A stretch of 64,000 nt of DNA. Origin: Oikopleura dioica. Its lineage: Eukaryota > Animalia > Chordata. The translations under genes were made by a program, and so were the position numbers. This document shows, piece by piece, positions 25,770 through 36,975 of this stretch; position 1 is the first letter of the stretch; each line of letters opens with the position of its first letter. The stretch is taken from the NCBI GenBank assembly GCA_907165135.1, contig OU015567.1:11904001-11968000 (forward strand), given 5' to 3'. The notes under the pieces are model-generated. The model saw only the letters and a program-made list of their open reading frames with translations, was not told the origin of the DNA and did not search any database.

Positions 25770-27179
25770 ATGTCACGAAAATTGAGCCCCGACGATTTGA
25801 CTCTACGCTGCCCGATTTGTAGGGACGCCAGACCTACGGAAGGTGCCCTAAGATATCATCTCAGACAGCAGCACAGGAAAAAACGAAGTGGTGAGTTATC
25901 GATTTAGGTCGAGCTACAAATGAAATAAGGATTTGATTAGAGAATTGCCCATTCTGAGTTGCGTTTTGTTTAGCAATATTACACATGAATTGCTTTTGAG
26001 ACCTTCTTTTTCAGAAGTGGAGAATCTCGTCGGAATCGGAAAAGATGAGCTCGACAAAAAGCGTCCTCGACTTTCAACTCCTCCTCGCCACATCACTGAA
26101 AACGAAATCAAAGCACCGATCATTCCCTCCAGCCTGACCGAAGATGATTCTCACTTCCTGCTTTCCAGAGTGCTTTCCAAAACAGGAACTTCGCCAAAAC
26201 GCGAAACGGAGGTGAAAATTGAAAGCGAAGAATCGCTTCAAGAACCTTCAAAGGCGACGGGAATTAGAATCTCCTCAGAGCTGCTTGTTTTAAGATTTAC
26301 CCCTCTTTGTCAATCAGTAATAGCATGAGAATGACATCGTTTTTGCATGTTAAAATCCCGAACACAGAATTACGTCTGCCAATGCGGAAAGCGCTTCGAA
26401 TCTTCCATGTCCCTGTCCGTCCACTGCTCGCTCGTGGGGCACAAGTTCGCCGAGCATTTCAATACTAACCAGCATCGAAAAACGCGCGAGCCAAGTGACC
26501 GAAAGAAAATACTAACGCAAACACTTCCGGTGTGTATCTCCCTCCACTTCTTTCATTTTCTAACATATCAGATCTACTGCTACGCTTGTCCTCGCGCATC
26601 GAAACATACAGACCTCGCAGAATTTACGACTCATGTGATTGAGAAACATCTATCGATACGAGAGAAGGAGAAGAAAGGAGCGGTATGAAATTTGAATATC
26701 TATCCCATCTGAAATGGTTGTCAACTGGATTCTTTAGAATGGAAATCAAGTGACAGAATCAGACCTTCGAAAAGCACTCCTTCGATTTCCCCCAACGATG
26801 ATGGAACCAGTCTCGAAATCTTGCCGCATGTGCTCTAAAGATCACAAATTCAAAAAGGCAAGACTTTCATTTTTCAAATCAACGCTAGAATGCTCTATTT
26901 AGATGGTAGATTTCCGCTTGCACATTCTGAGCCACACCGAAATCCCCAAGTATCGATGCAGATTCTGCCTCGACAAAAAGTTCACTGCCAACAAACGCGA
27001 AGAGATATTCCATGTAAAGGCGATTCTTCTAGAGCTATTCCCTTCATTTGTGATTCTAGCATATTCGAAATCGCCACGAGAAAGTCCTGACAAACGGCAC
27101 GACGGATCGAGCGGTTCTGGAGAGCTGCAAGGTCGACCCCAAACTACTGTGGCTCGCTTATGGCATCGACTACAACTAG
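25770..27179 (+). CDS. C2H2 zinc-finger protein with about 5 widely spaced fingers
   Basis: CPIC...HLRQQH, CQCGKRF...HCSLVGH, CYAC...HVIEKH, CRMC...HILSH, CRFC...HHIRNRH (last completed by splicing); stop TAG 27177-27179. Some internal donors are uncertain. Confidence 0.75.
26858..26902 (+). other. GC-AG intron (45 nt) in the zinc-finger gene
   Basis: AAA AAG|gcaaga...tttag|ATG GTA GAT TTC joins CRMC...KFKK to MVDFRLHILSH and completes a C2H2 finger. Confidence 0.7.
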
Positions 27180-27808
27180 TCAATCACTCATGATGATAAT
27201 CAAAGCTAGAATTATTAACAAGGTCCATTTTAAATCCGATTTTCTTCTTGTTTTCAGCTTCTAATCAACAATTTTCTTCACACCCAAGTTGTTCGAATTC
27301 AAAAACAAATGTTCGAGACCTTAAACTGTCTGTACGGCTTACAGACTTCTCTTGCTTATAAATACCAGTCAAAAAAAAAAACTAGAATTCATCCAACAGA
27401 CCTTCCTCATTTTTTACTGACCTCCGATTTGATTTCAACAGTCCTCACTTATATTATTTATTTAAAAATACTGACCTACCAACTCTCAATCCAGCTCACC
27501 TTTACTAGCTAATTACAGTAGTATCTGATCTCACGAGACTTTTAAATGTCAATCTTCTTCTTTTTTGATGTTGTGGTGCTTTCAATGTCCAACTTCTAGA
27601 CCTAAATCCTTACACAAATACTCTTCCTCATGATTTCTTAAAACCTTAAACTATTCAACATAAAAAAATCCCGTGTCAAAGTTCTGAATTACACGGTATT
27701 CGTATTTTCTCATAAGAACTTTTTTCAACTTCAACTTTTCATATTTTCCAAGAATATCCTTCTCCGTTTCACCTCAAAACCTCATCTTTTCTCGATTTCA
27801 GAGAGAAA

Positions 27809-28972
27809 ATGCTTCGAAGACTTGCTACATCGCAACTCGTTCGACTTTCCCGAACTGCTTCTGCAGAAAGTGAACTGATCCTCGAAAGGCTTTCGGGAGA
27901 TGACAAAGGAATCGCTGTGATTTCGTTCAATAGACCAAAGGCGATGAATTCTTTTTCGAAGAATATGGTCAAGTGTATGCGAGAAGCGATTGAAGGTAAC
28001 TCGATCTGGCTTAAAGACTTTTCTTGAATTCCCTCTTTTAGATGTCAAGTTCGACCAAGAACTCCGGGCGGTCGTTGTCCGAAGCACCTCAGCCAAAGCC
28101 TTTTGCACTGGTGCCGATTTGAAAGAACGCGCTGGCATGACTCCCGAAGAAGTAGGCCCATTCGTAGCCACTCTCCGCCGAATGGTACGAGATTTTTATG
28201 ACCTTCCCGTTCCTACTATCGCCGCCATCGATGGCTTTGCCCTTGGCGGCGGACTGGAATTTGCACTCAGTGCTGACATGAGGTATTTCTCGTTCCTAAC
28301 TTCAAAATATCAACTAAAAATATGCCAGAATTGCATCTTCTTCTGCCAAAATGGGACTAACAGAAACAAAACTGGCAATCATTCCTGGCGCCGGAGGAAC
28401 GCAAACGATTTCTCGAATCATCGGAGTGGCAAAAGCAAAGGAGCTTATCTTCACTGGAAGATTCGTTGGCTCTGTTGAAGCTGAAAGAATTGGCCTTGTA
28501 AATAGAGCAGGTAATCAAAGACAAATATAAGGAGATGATCCCGCGTGTGTCATTTTCCCTTTTTGATGAGCCAGAGGCACTTTCCAGTGCACGAAGTCGA
28601 TTTTATTATAGAGCCTTGCTGAATAGATTTTTAGTTGAGCAAAATGATGATTCAAATGCTGCTTACTTGGCCGCTCTTGACTTGGCCAGAGAGATAAAAC
28701 CTCAGGAACGGTTGAAAAGAAGAAAAAAATGAACTTCCTACCCCCAAATTGTGAGGCGTAAAAGAAGGAATATCTATTTTTAACCTCGAAAAAAGGGACC
28801 TGTTGCTCTTCGAATGGCAAAAATGGCGATCAACAACGGCTCCGAAGTCGATCTGAGCAGCGGCTTGGCTATCGAGCAAATGTGCTACGCGCAAGTCATC
28901 CCCACTCAGGATCGCCTTGAAGGTCTTCTCGCCTTCAAAGAGAAACGAAAACCAGTGTACAAAGGACACTAA
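27809..28972 (+). CDS. AUH: Methylglutaconyl-CoA hydratase (crotonase/enoyl-CoA hydratase family), mitochondrial
   Basis: Transit-like N-terminus; [103 protein letters not shown]. Confidence 0.93.
28706..28795 (+). other. Non-canonical GA-AG intron (90 nt) in AUH
   Basis: CCT CAG|gaacgg...aaaag|GGA CCT GTT gives [13 protein letters not shown], matching the conserved AUH motif PQGPVAMRVAK. Confidence 0.8.
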
Positions 28973-29108
28973 CTTTCTATTTCTGTATCTGTTTCAATCT
29001 CTAGGTACGTTTCTGTGCCCTTATTTATTGATTTGGTGCATTTCTTTCCAAATTTACAACATACTCGTACTACATCGATAGTTGGCGGTTGCTTGAAGTT
29101 GAATTCAG

Positions 29109-29729
29109 ATGTCGTCCGACGAGGAAAAACGACCGAAAAAGTTTTCTGAAAAGGATCGTTGTTATCGATGCGGATTACAAGGACATTACGGGTAAAAGTA
29201 ATATATACAAAGTGATTATTTTTATGAAGATGTTTTATAAATTCTGATTGTTAATTGAATTCGTTCAGTTACGATTGTGACCTCTACCATGGAAAATCTT
29301 TAAAATCCGAGAAAGTCCGAAAACATAAACGGTCCTTTAAAGAAGATGACAAATGCTACGAGTGCGGAAAAGAAGGGCATTACGGCTACGATTGCCCGGA
29401 TAGGATGCTCCGAGTTCGCGAGGGAGAGCTAGAATCGGTAAGTTGTCACCTTGCTATTTAAAATTGCATAATTTGTTTTTAGGTAAACAAGAAAATCAGT
29501 GGCAGGGCTTCGCCGAGATATGACGACTACAAAATCGGTAAATTTTTTCCACGTAGCTCGAAACTAACAATTAATTGTCACAGAATCACGTGATCGGAGT
29601 CGTAGTAGATCACCTGTGGCTGAAACACGCAGACCACGTCACAAATCAAGATCTGACAAAGACGAAAAAGTGATTGCTAATTCGAAGTCGAAGAACGTCA
29701 GGGACATCCGTAGTCTTTGGTCACTTTGA
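29109..29729 (+). CDS. Small protein with two CCHC zinc knuckles and an RS-like tail
   Basis: CYRCGLQGHYGYDC (split by an intron) and CYECGKEGHYGYDC; RDRSRSRSP. Four exons with GT-AG introns; ATG directly after ttcag. Confidence 0.8.
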
Positions 29730-29862
29730 TATTTAGAGCCTTAGAAAACTTTTTGATTACTGCCTGTGTACAAAACAAAAAATCTCCCTATCTCTGTGTC
29801 CATAAGAAACTGACCAAGCTTACACATTAATTTTTATTATTAGGGACAATCGTTCATGAACT

Positions 29863-30341
29863 ATGAGTGCCGAGAATATGGTAGAGATTCTTCGGGACCT
29901 GCACGCGCCTCGCACCAACACTGATGCAGATGAACCTCCTGATGAACAAGACTACCATAACCACGCCTTCGTCGAAAGAACGTGAGGTTACACAAATATC
30001 AATCAAATTCAATACAATATAAGCACCTACAATTGTACTGGATTTCCAGTCTTGGAAAACATAACGCCAGCAGAATACGCTGCTGCTACCGTTTTCGCAC
30101 GACTGGGTCTACTTCATCTTGAAATAACCATAGTCGACTGCATAAAAATATGCCCACACAACTGCAGACCTGACCGAGCTCCGACATGCCAACGTGAATG
30201 CGAAATTTGCAAAGCGACAACAGTGGAGCGGTAAGCGAAGGATACCTTTATCTTCCATGTAACTTCTTTGTTTTAATTTGGATACTTAGATTTTTGGTCA
30301 TCATCGAACCATCGAACACCATGATCAACATCCACGAATAG
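29863..30341 (+). CDS. Uncharacterised ~130-aa protein with a Cys cluster (CIKICPHNCRPDRAPTCQRECEICK)
   Basis: Three exons join in frame through two short GT-AG introns (gtgagg...ataag, gtaagc...cttag); ends ERFLVIIEPSNTMINIHE*. No homology recognised. Confidence 0.55.
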
Positions 30342-30683
30342 AATACCATTGCTCCAATTTAGGGTTCAACCCTAGTGAAACTGATTACGGACGATTGGCT
30401 ATCGTTACAGTTATATTTCCAGTCGCTTATATGATATAAGTTATATCTTAACAATATCTGTCGTCACCTCATCTAATTTAGATTCTAATCATCATCTTCT
30501 TCACAAACCTAGTAGGTTTGCTAATATCAACTTTTGAACTTAATTGTCCCAAGTTTCACTAATCATCACCATCATCTCATCTCCCATTATTAGTTTGCTT
30601 CAGTTTCTTCGTCTTCCGTCACTCGTCATTCTCTCATACCAAATTGTTTCAATATCGCGAAATTTAAAATGGACTCTTTCAGA

Positions 30684-31649
30684 ATGTCTGGCAGTGAAAA
30701 CTTCTACTGCTTTACGTGCAAGGCGAATCGAGATATTACCCCAGAATGGAAATGTAGATTCTGTAACTCTGGTTTTGTTGAACGCAGTGACCAAGCTCAC
30801 ATCCCTGATATTCCTGTTCCAGCCCCTCCTTGGGCCATCCCTAGTTACCAAAATCCCTCACCTTTAACAAATATTACCCCCACGCCGCAATTTCCGGCAC
30901 CCCTGCCTCACCCAAGTGTTCCAGCCGGTCCAGCCCTGAGCCAGCTTCACAATGCTCCGTCAAACTTCTACTCCGGAAATTCCCCTCGAGCAGCTGGGCC
31001 GAGCGAAAGAATGGATCGATCATCGGAAATTCGAGAAGCTCCCAGACGAGGAAGACGTCCTGTCTATCCGAATTTTTACCAACGGGCAAGGCCAAGTTTG
31101 CTTGTCGATCAAGACGGCAACTTGATCCCTTCTCAAAATAATCAAAGTATTCAAATGATCCCGGAAAACTCCAGAACTTTATACAATATTTGGCAAAGAG
31201 TCGGAAATAGAAGACGTAAGATAGAGACGTTTTAACTTTGGAATATACTGTTTTATAGCGAATTTTAATGTTAATCCGAATGATATAGCTTGGACAGAAG
31301 AAAGTCTGACGAATATTCTTGATAGGGTTTGTCGAAAATAAACTTTTGAATTTTACATAAATTTGCTGTAGCTTCGAGTGGAATCAGAGTCAACAGAAAG
31401 ACAAAATTCTGGTAGAAATTTAAGCCACCTGAAAGAGACGAGAGATCTACCAACTGATCATAAAAGCGTTAGAGCATTCATGACGTTCGTATAATCATAA
31501 TTTTCTAGTGCTGTATTTGCATGTCTGATTTCGAAGAAGGCGAAACCTTCATTCGACTTCCCTGTGGACACGTTTTTCATGCAGAAGAAATCCGAAACTG
31601 GCTGCAGCTCAATTCTCAATGTCCTGTTTGTAGAAAAGACGCAGTTTAA
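30684..31649 (+). CDS. RNF115/RNF126-like E3 ligase (N-terminal zinc ribbon, C-terminal RING-H2 variant)
   Basis: FYCFTC...WKCRFCNSGFVE; NPNDIAWTEESLTNILD (cf. NPxDYAWG); CCICMSDFEEGETFIRLPCGHVFHAEEIRNWLQLNSQCPVCR. Confidence 0.85.
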
Positions 31650-31680
31650 TTTTCTTTACTTTCCTTTCTATAATTCCAAA

Positions 31681-32275
31681 GACGTGCTTTTTTTAAGGTT
31701 CCTGCATTTAAAAGACCCACTTCCACCTTTTTATACCAGGAACATCATACAGATTTGGAATCAGCAGGAAATTCTAAGAACTTTGACCGTTTTAGTTTCC
31801 AAAATTTCCACTTCCGGTCCGATTCTAGAGCCGGAAGTTGACGAAATTTTTGAGTTTGGGCAACTTGTGACCTATCAAATTGATGCTCAGAAGATTTCCT
31901 ATCATCTGAGAGAAGAATCAATGCCGACCGCAGTCAAATCAACCGCTAAAAAATTAAAGAAAAAAACAAAAATTTATGCCTTTTTTCCAAGTTTTGCCGG
32001 TCGGTTTGACCGCGGTTGGGATGGTTTTTTTTGAATGATTTGTAGATGAGATGACTCGAAATCTTCTGAGCATCAATTTGATAGGTCACAAGTTGCCCAA
32101 ACTCAAAAATTTCGTCAACTTCCGGCTCTAGAATCGGACCGGAAGTGGAAATTTTGGAAACTAAAACGGTCAAAGTTCTTAGAATTTCCTGCTGATTCCA
32201 AATCTGTATGATGTTCCTGGTATAAAAAGGTGGAAGTGGGTCTTTTAAATACAGGAACCTTAAAAAAAGCACGTC
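31681..32275. mobile_element. Foldback element: 218-bp near-perfect inverted arms around a 159-bp spacer
   Basis: 31681-31898 equals the reverse complement of 32058-32275 apart from one C/T. Internal TTAA-GGTTCC...GGAACC-TTAA junctions at 31693-31696 and 32260-32263. Confidence 0.93.
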
Positions 32276-32486
32276 AAATCATATAAAAAAAATCTCAGAC
32301 AACTCGCTCATCAATGTTTTTTGCAAGCTTGTACAGTTCCCTCTCGCGCATTTCACAATCATTTTTTGCATTCTCTCCTGCATTAACACTTCTTTCAGCC
32401 GTTTTCTTCAATATGTTGCTGTGCAATAAATGTATTTACGTTTTCATTTGGCCCTTTTGCATATTGATGAGTAATTTCAGGTAGGG

Positions 32487-35400
32487 ATGAAAAGTGAGAT
32501 TCGCAGTGAATCGGACGGAGAGTCAGAAGTCGAGGGAAAGGTCACGACATGCCAAAGACACGATTGCGATGTCAAACGAGTTAATTATGACGATGTAAGC
32601 TGCATCTGGAGAGATAGGCGATTATTTATGTTTTTAGTTTTTCGGAAAAGGCAAATATTTCTGCTGTCGAAATTGCGCCGTTGAGTACAGGTATTGAGCA
32701 TCAAATTGTGCTTTATTGCTTCATTTATTGATTATCAAGTGTCCTCGCGTCAACGGAGCAATTTATGAAGAACAGCGCTGACCAAGACAGGGCTGATCTT
32801 GAGGACAGATCTACGCTCCGCTTCAACGGCAAGAGTACTGTTATCGCCAAGTCTTTTCAAGGGAAGAAGAGAGACAAGAGGGAATCGCTCTTTTTGTGGA
32901 GTCGTTATTTGGCGGTACGTTCAATTCTAGCGTTTTATATGCAATTTTAGCAAACAATTTTAGCAAACAAAATCGCGGGCGGCTCCAGTCTGTGCCTTTC
33001 CGCACGCCATCCTCAGCGACGATTGGGATCTGATTCAACCTGGGATGAAGGTCGAAACGTACAATCTTGACTCACACAGTCCCTCCAAGCTCTTTTGGTT
33101 TGCGGAAGTCATTCGTATTGAAGGATACAAAGCGCTGTTGCGGTAAGTTGAAGACAACTCTTGTTGAATGGATTTTTTATTTGACCGATGATATATTTGT
33201 TTATACTGTGTTTTTCACTGAAAGGATTGAGATTTGAGAGTGTGGCTGAGACTTTGAAGAAGTTGAGGGCAGGAAAGAGAAAGTTGTTTGTTAGATTGAA
33301 GCTCTTCTTAGATACTTGACGGCGTCTTCTGATACTTCTTGAACTTTTCAGGATGCACAAAAGTAGTTTAATTGTAATTAACTTATCACGTGGTCTCTTT
33401 TGGGAATCCTTAACCCATAGCACCAGCGAACGACATAGCTCTCGCATCATCCTCACTTTGCTCAGCATTTTGTTTGACCTCAGTTTGGTTTTTCTTATCA
33501 AGGTTCATGGTTTAGCTCCTTCAGCACCTATAGTAGTACTAATGTACCTTAATTCCACGGGGTGTGGGATTATGAAAAGAGGGGCTAACTTGAACAACCT
33601 TATCCTGTTTTGCGGGTGCTAAACTGTTTTGGCTGTTGCTGGAATGGACACAGACTTTGTGGCCCGGCTCTAGCAGGACCATCGAAAGCAGTACGATGCT
33701 ATTTGAGTAGATATCGTCTGGGTCAGTGTGACGTGCTTCCGCAACTCGTAATTTATTCACTTCAATGGCCACTCCACATGCGTTTGCACGAGGAATTTCA
33801 CAACAGAAAACTTATAGCGGGTTTATTTTAGGTATTTCCGTTATTTTAGGTAATTATTGACGTTTCTTTTGAAACCCGGAAGCATAAACTCCTTTGACTT
33901 TAGCTGTGAAATAGCCAGTTTCTACATTGAAGCATCCACATGTTCGATCGTATAAACTCCGATCGAATTTAACCACCCCTTGCCCCTCAAATATTGCACT
34001 TCTCGTATATCTATTGCCGCGTTAATTGACAGCGGAGACATTTTGTTGCACTCACCGGAAACTGAAGGGATACTCACTGTTGCTAGTTTCTGATAGCAAG
34101 CAGTAAACTGTATTCTGTGCTGAGGGTTTATTTGATTTTTATTTATCTCAAGAAAATTAAAAGTTTATTTCATGCGAATGTAAAAATAGAAATACGCCTC
34201 GGTTCCTGAAGAGCAGCAGAAGCTGCCTTACCCGCTATCTCATTCTCCATATTTTTCCATAACTCTCTTTCCAATTCTCAAAGCAGCTAATCTCTTTCCC
34301 TAAGGTTGTTTAATGTCTGAATATATTTTTACTTTCGACAGCCTACGTAAATCTCGCAACTGTTGTGCTCTAGGAAGTTGAGCTTGTTGAGGAGGCTGAG
34401 ATTGACGAGGAGACACTCTTTAAATTGCGCGCATTCCAAACTAGCTAACTGACAAAATGTAACATGAAATGATAGGTATTTGGGTATGGAGAAAAATCTA
34501 ATGGACTTCTGGGTGTCACTATGCTCAACTGATGTGCATCCAGTCGGCTGGGCTGCTCGACAGGAGCTAACAATCTCACCGCCCAAATGCATCGAAAAAA
34601 CACAGGTTAATCAATTGTTTAATGATTATATTTTTTATTTTTATTGCAGCGCGACTGGAAGAGATACATCATCGAAAATCTCCAAGGAAGACCCACATAT
34701 CCCCGTGATTTCCAGAACACCACCGATGAGGAATTGAAAATCGAAGGCCTTAATAAAGGCATGTTCTTAGAAATCGTCGATCCAACTTGCATCAGGAAGA
34801 CAAGAGTTGCCTTCATTGAAAAACTAACTGGTGGTGGTCGAATTTCCCTCAAATTTTTTGTAAGCGAACTTACTCGCTATTTATTTCAATCATTTGATTT
34901 AAGGATGGCCAAGACGATGAAATTTTTGCCTGTCACATCAAATCGCCCGTGTGCCACCCTCTCGGCTGGAGCCAAGAAGTAGGCCACGATCGGAGAGACA
35001 TTCCAGATGATCTGTATGAAGACTTGAAGAATAACTGCATCCCCGCCGAGCTTTTCAATCAGGTACTTGACAAGATGCATGTTAGTTGCGACAATCTGTT
35101 ACTTTCTTAGGACGCTGAGCAAACGACTTTCGTACCTCAATTCGAGGAAGGGATGAAAGTTGAAGCCGTCAACGCCACGCGCGTTAATTCCATTTGCACG
35201 GCGACGATTAAAAAGATACTTGGCAAAGGATACCTAATGATAGGAATCGACGCATCATCGAATCCTGAATTTGCGAATCTCGTTTCTAGCGATGCGGATT
35301 TCTGGTAACCGCCAGCTATCTTTATATATTCAAAGCTTTGAAAACTATTTACTTCGCGAATCAATTTTAGGACTGTTTTGATTTTAGCTATCACTGGACC

Positions 35401-35910
35401 TCCTCGTGCCTTCAGTACACGGGCTTTGCACGTGACCACAACCTGACCTTGACAAACGCAGCTCTTGAGGAAGTCGAATGGGATGACGAGGACTATATGC
35501 CAGAGAAAATCGCTGATCAACTAAAAGAGCGCACAGCTGAGAAGACCAATCCCTTCAAAGTAGGATGGAAGCTAGAAGCTGTAGATCTGATGGATCCTAA
35601 GCTTATTTGCCCATCCACTGTCAAGGTAATTCCATCATAATGAGGAATATAATGACTTTCTTCTTCAAAAAGAATGTCTGCGCTGGTCTACTCCAAATCG
35701 GATTCGACGGATGGACAGATGAGTATGATCAATTCATCCCTTGGCGTTCTCCAGACATCTACCCAGCCGGTTGGTGTGAGCTTGTCAATCACCAACTTCA
35801 AGCGCCAAAAGAGTTCGTTCCAGATTCCAAGGCCGCGAAAAGGTAATTCGCTCTCCTCCTTGATTTTAACGCTAACAATCAATCCAAGACGACGTACTGG
35901 AAAAAGCTGA
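32487..35910 (+). CDS. MBTD1: MBTD1/L3MBTL2 (Sfmbt)-type Polycomb reader: FCS-like zinc finger plus 4 MBT repeats
   Basis: KYFCCRNC; FLWSRYL; AAPVCAFPHA...GMKVE...LFWFAEVIRIEGYKALLR|YLG...DFWVSLCSTDVHPVGW; GMFLEIVD; GMKVEAV; GWKLEAVDLMDPKLICPSTV...IGFDGW...DIYPAGWCELVNHQLQAP. Cannot separate MBTD1 from L3MBTL2. Confidence 0.85.
33291..34250 (-). CDS. Nested antisense mini-gene in the 1.3-kb MBT intron ending in an AKAP-like PKA-anchoring helix
   Basis: The exon ending at 33415 and exon 33343-33291 (71-nt GT-AG intron) give ...EQSEDDARAMSFAGAM-VQEVSEDAVKYLRRASI*. Candidate first exon ATG 34250 (MENEIA|gtaagg); AATAAA downstream near 33180. Middle exon structure unresolved. Confidence 0.55.
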
Positions 35911-36975
35911 CCCTGTCCCACTTTGCACCTTGACGATGAAGCTGTCCTGTATCGAAACAATTCCACTTTAGCACACGTTATCTTTCCTTTAGATTCATTT
36001 TTACTCACTTTTGACCTTCTCAGTTCTCTCTGAAAAAATGGAGCAGCTTATACCTTTGCTTAACAGTTCCATATCCGTTATTTATCTATTTTCCGCGTCT
36101 ATTTATTTATATATAATATGTTTTTGATATTATATATAATTTTAAAAGTCGGTTTTCTTATTTTACTAGCTTTTTTCTTATTTTTGCGCTACTGTTTCTT
36201 GAGAAACGGCAGTAACGAGCTTTGGTGTTTCCCCTTCTTTCCTTCACTGCCTTGCAAAAAAGTCCAAGCCCCACATTTTTAGTCCTGAAATAACTTTTTT
36301 TTGTCGATTACAAAGTCAACTACTATCTTAAAGTTCTGGAATCACGAAGTCTCATTTAGTGAGCTTCAGCTTTTATCGCCTAGGCTTCTATTTTTTCAAG
36401 CACCTACCATTTTCACAATACACACGTATTTTTCAAATTTTCTGTACATCGCTATCTCTAGACGCCGAACTATTGATATAAAAATAACAAACAAGAAACT
36501 TTCAAATCAGTCGATCATCTTATTCAGAGAACATCGAAATTCGGCTTAGAAGAAGAAAAATATACTCAAAAAGAAGAGAAAATGCTGAAAAATAAAGGTA
36601 TCTTTTAATTTTATTGTGTAAATATTGCTCTATTTTTTAAAAAATCGTCTTCACATGACTCTGTATTCTCAGCGTCTATGGACAAATGGGTCGTTTTTCC
36701 ATTTAATTCTTTTGCTTTTACGTTTTGAAAGCTCTCGTAAAAGAGAATTGCAAGGGATCCTGCATTCAAAAAAGCATTAGAATGAGTAATCCTTTCAGAG
36801 GCAATTCATTCAATAAATAACTGGCGCTGTTTGTCATTTTTCTAAATTTAGCCAAATCATTCGACCCTTGAGGGTAATCACTTGATCAGAAATAAATTGT
36901 CTCAGACGGATTTTTCCGAGCGTAAATTTATTTCTCCCTTCAGAGAATTAAAGAAACGCGAAACCGACAGTGAAT

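Noticed and set aside
31564-32272. Two near-identical ORFs on opposite strands (LFLRFL...ILEPEVDEIFEFGQ)
   Set aside because: Artefact of the 218-bp inverted repeat.
33411-33506. Unspliced ORF ending AMSFAGAMG*, resembling an amidated tachykinin (FxGLM-amide)
   Set aside because: No signal peptide, Ala replaces the conserved Leu, and a GT-AG intron at that Gly extends the frame into an AKAP-like helix.
36194-36207. Palindromic X-box-like GTTTCT-TG-AGAAAC
   Set aside because: The spacer departs from WT, and it lies far from any ciliary gene start, in the MBT 3' region.
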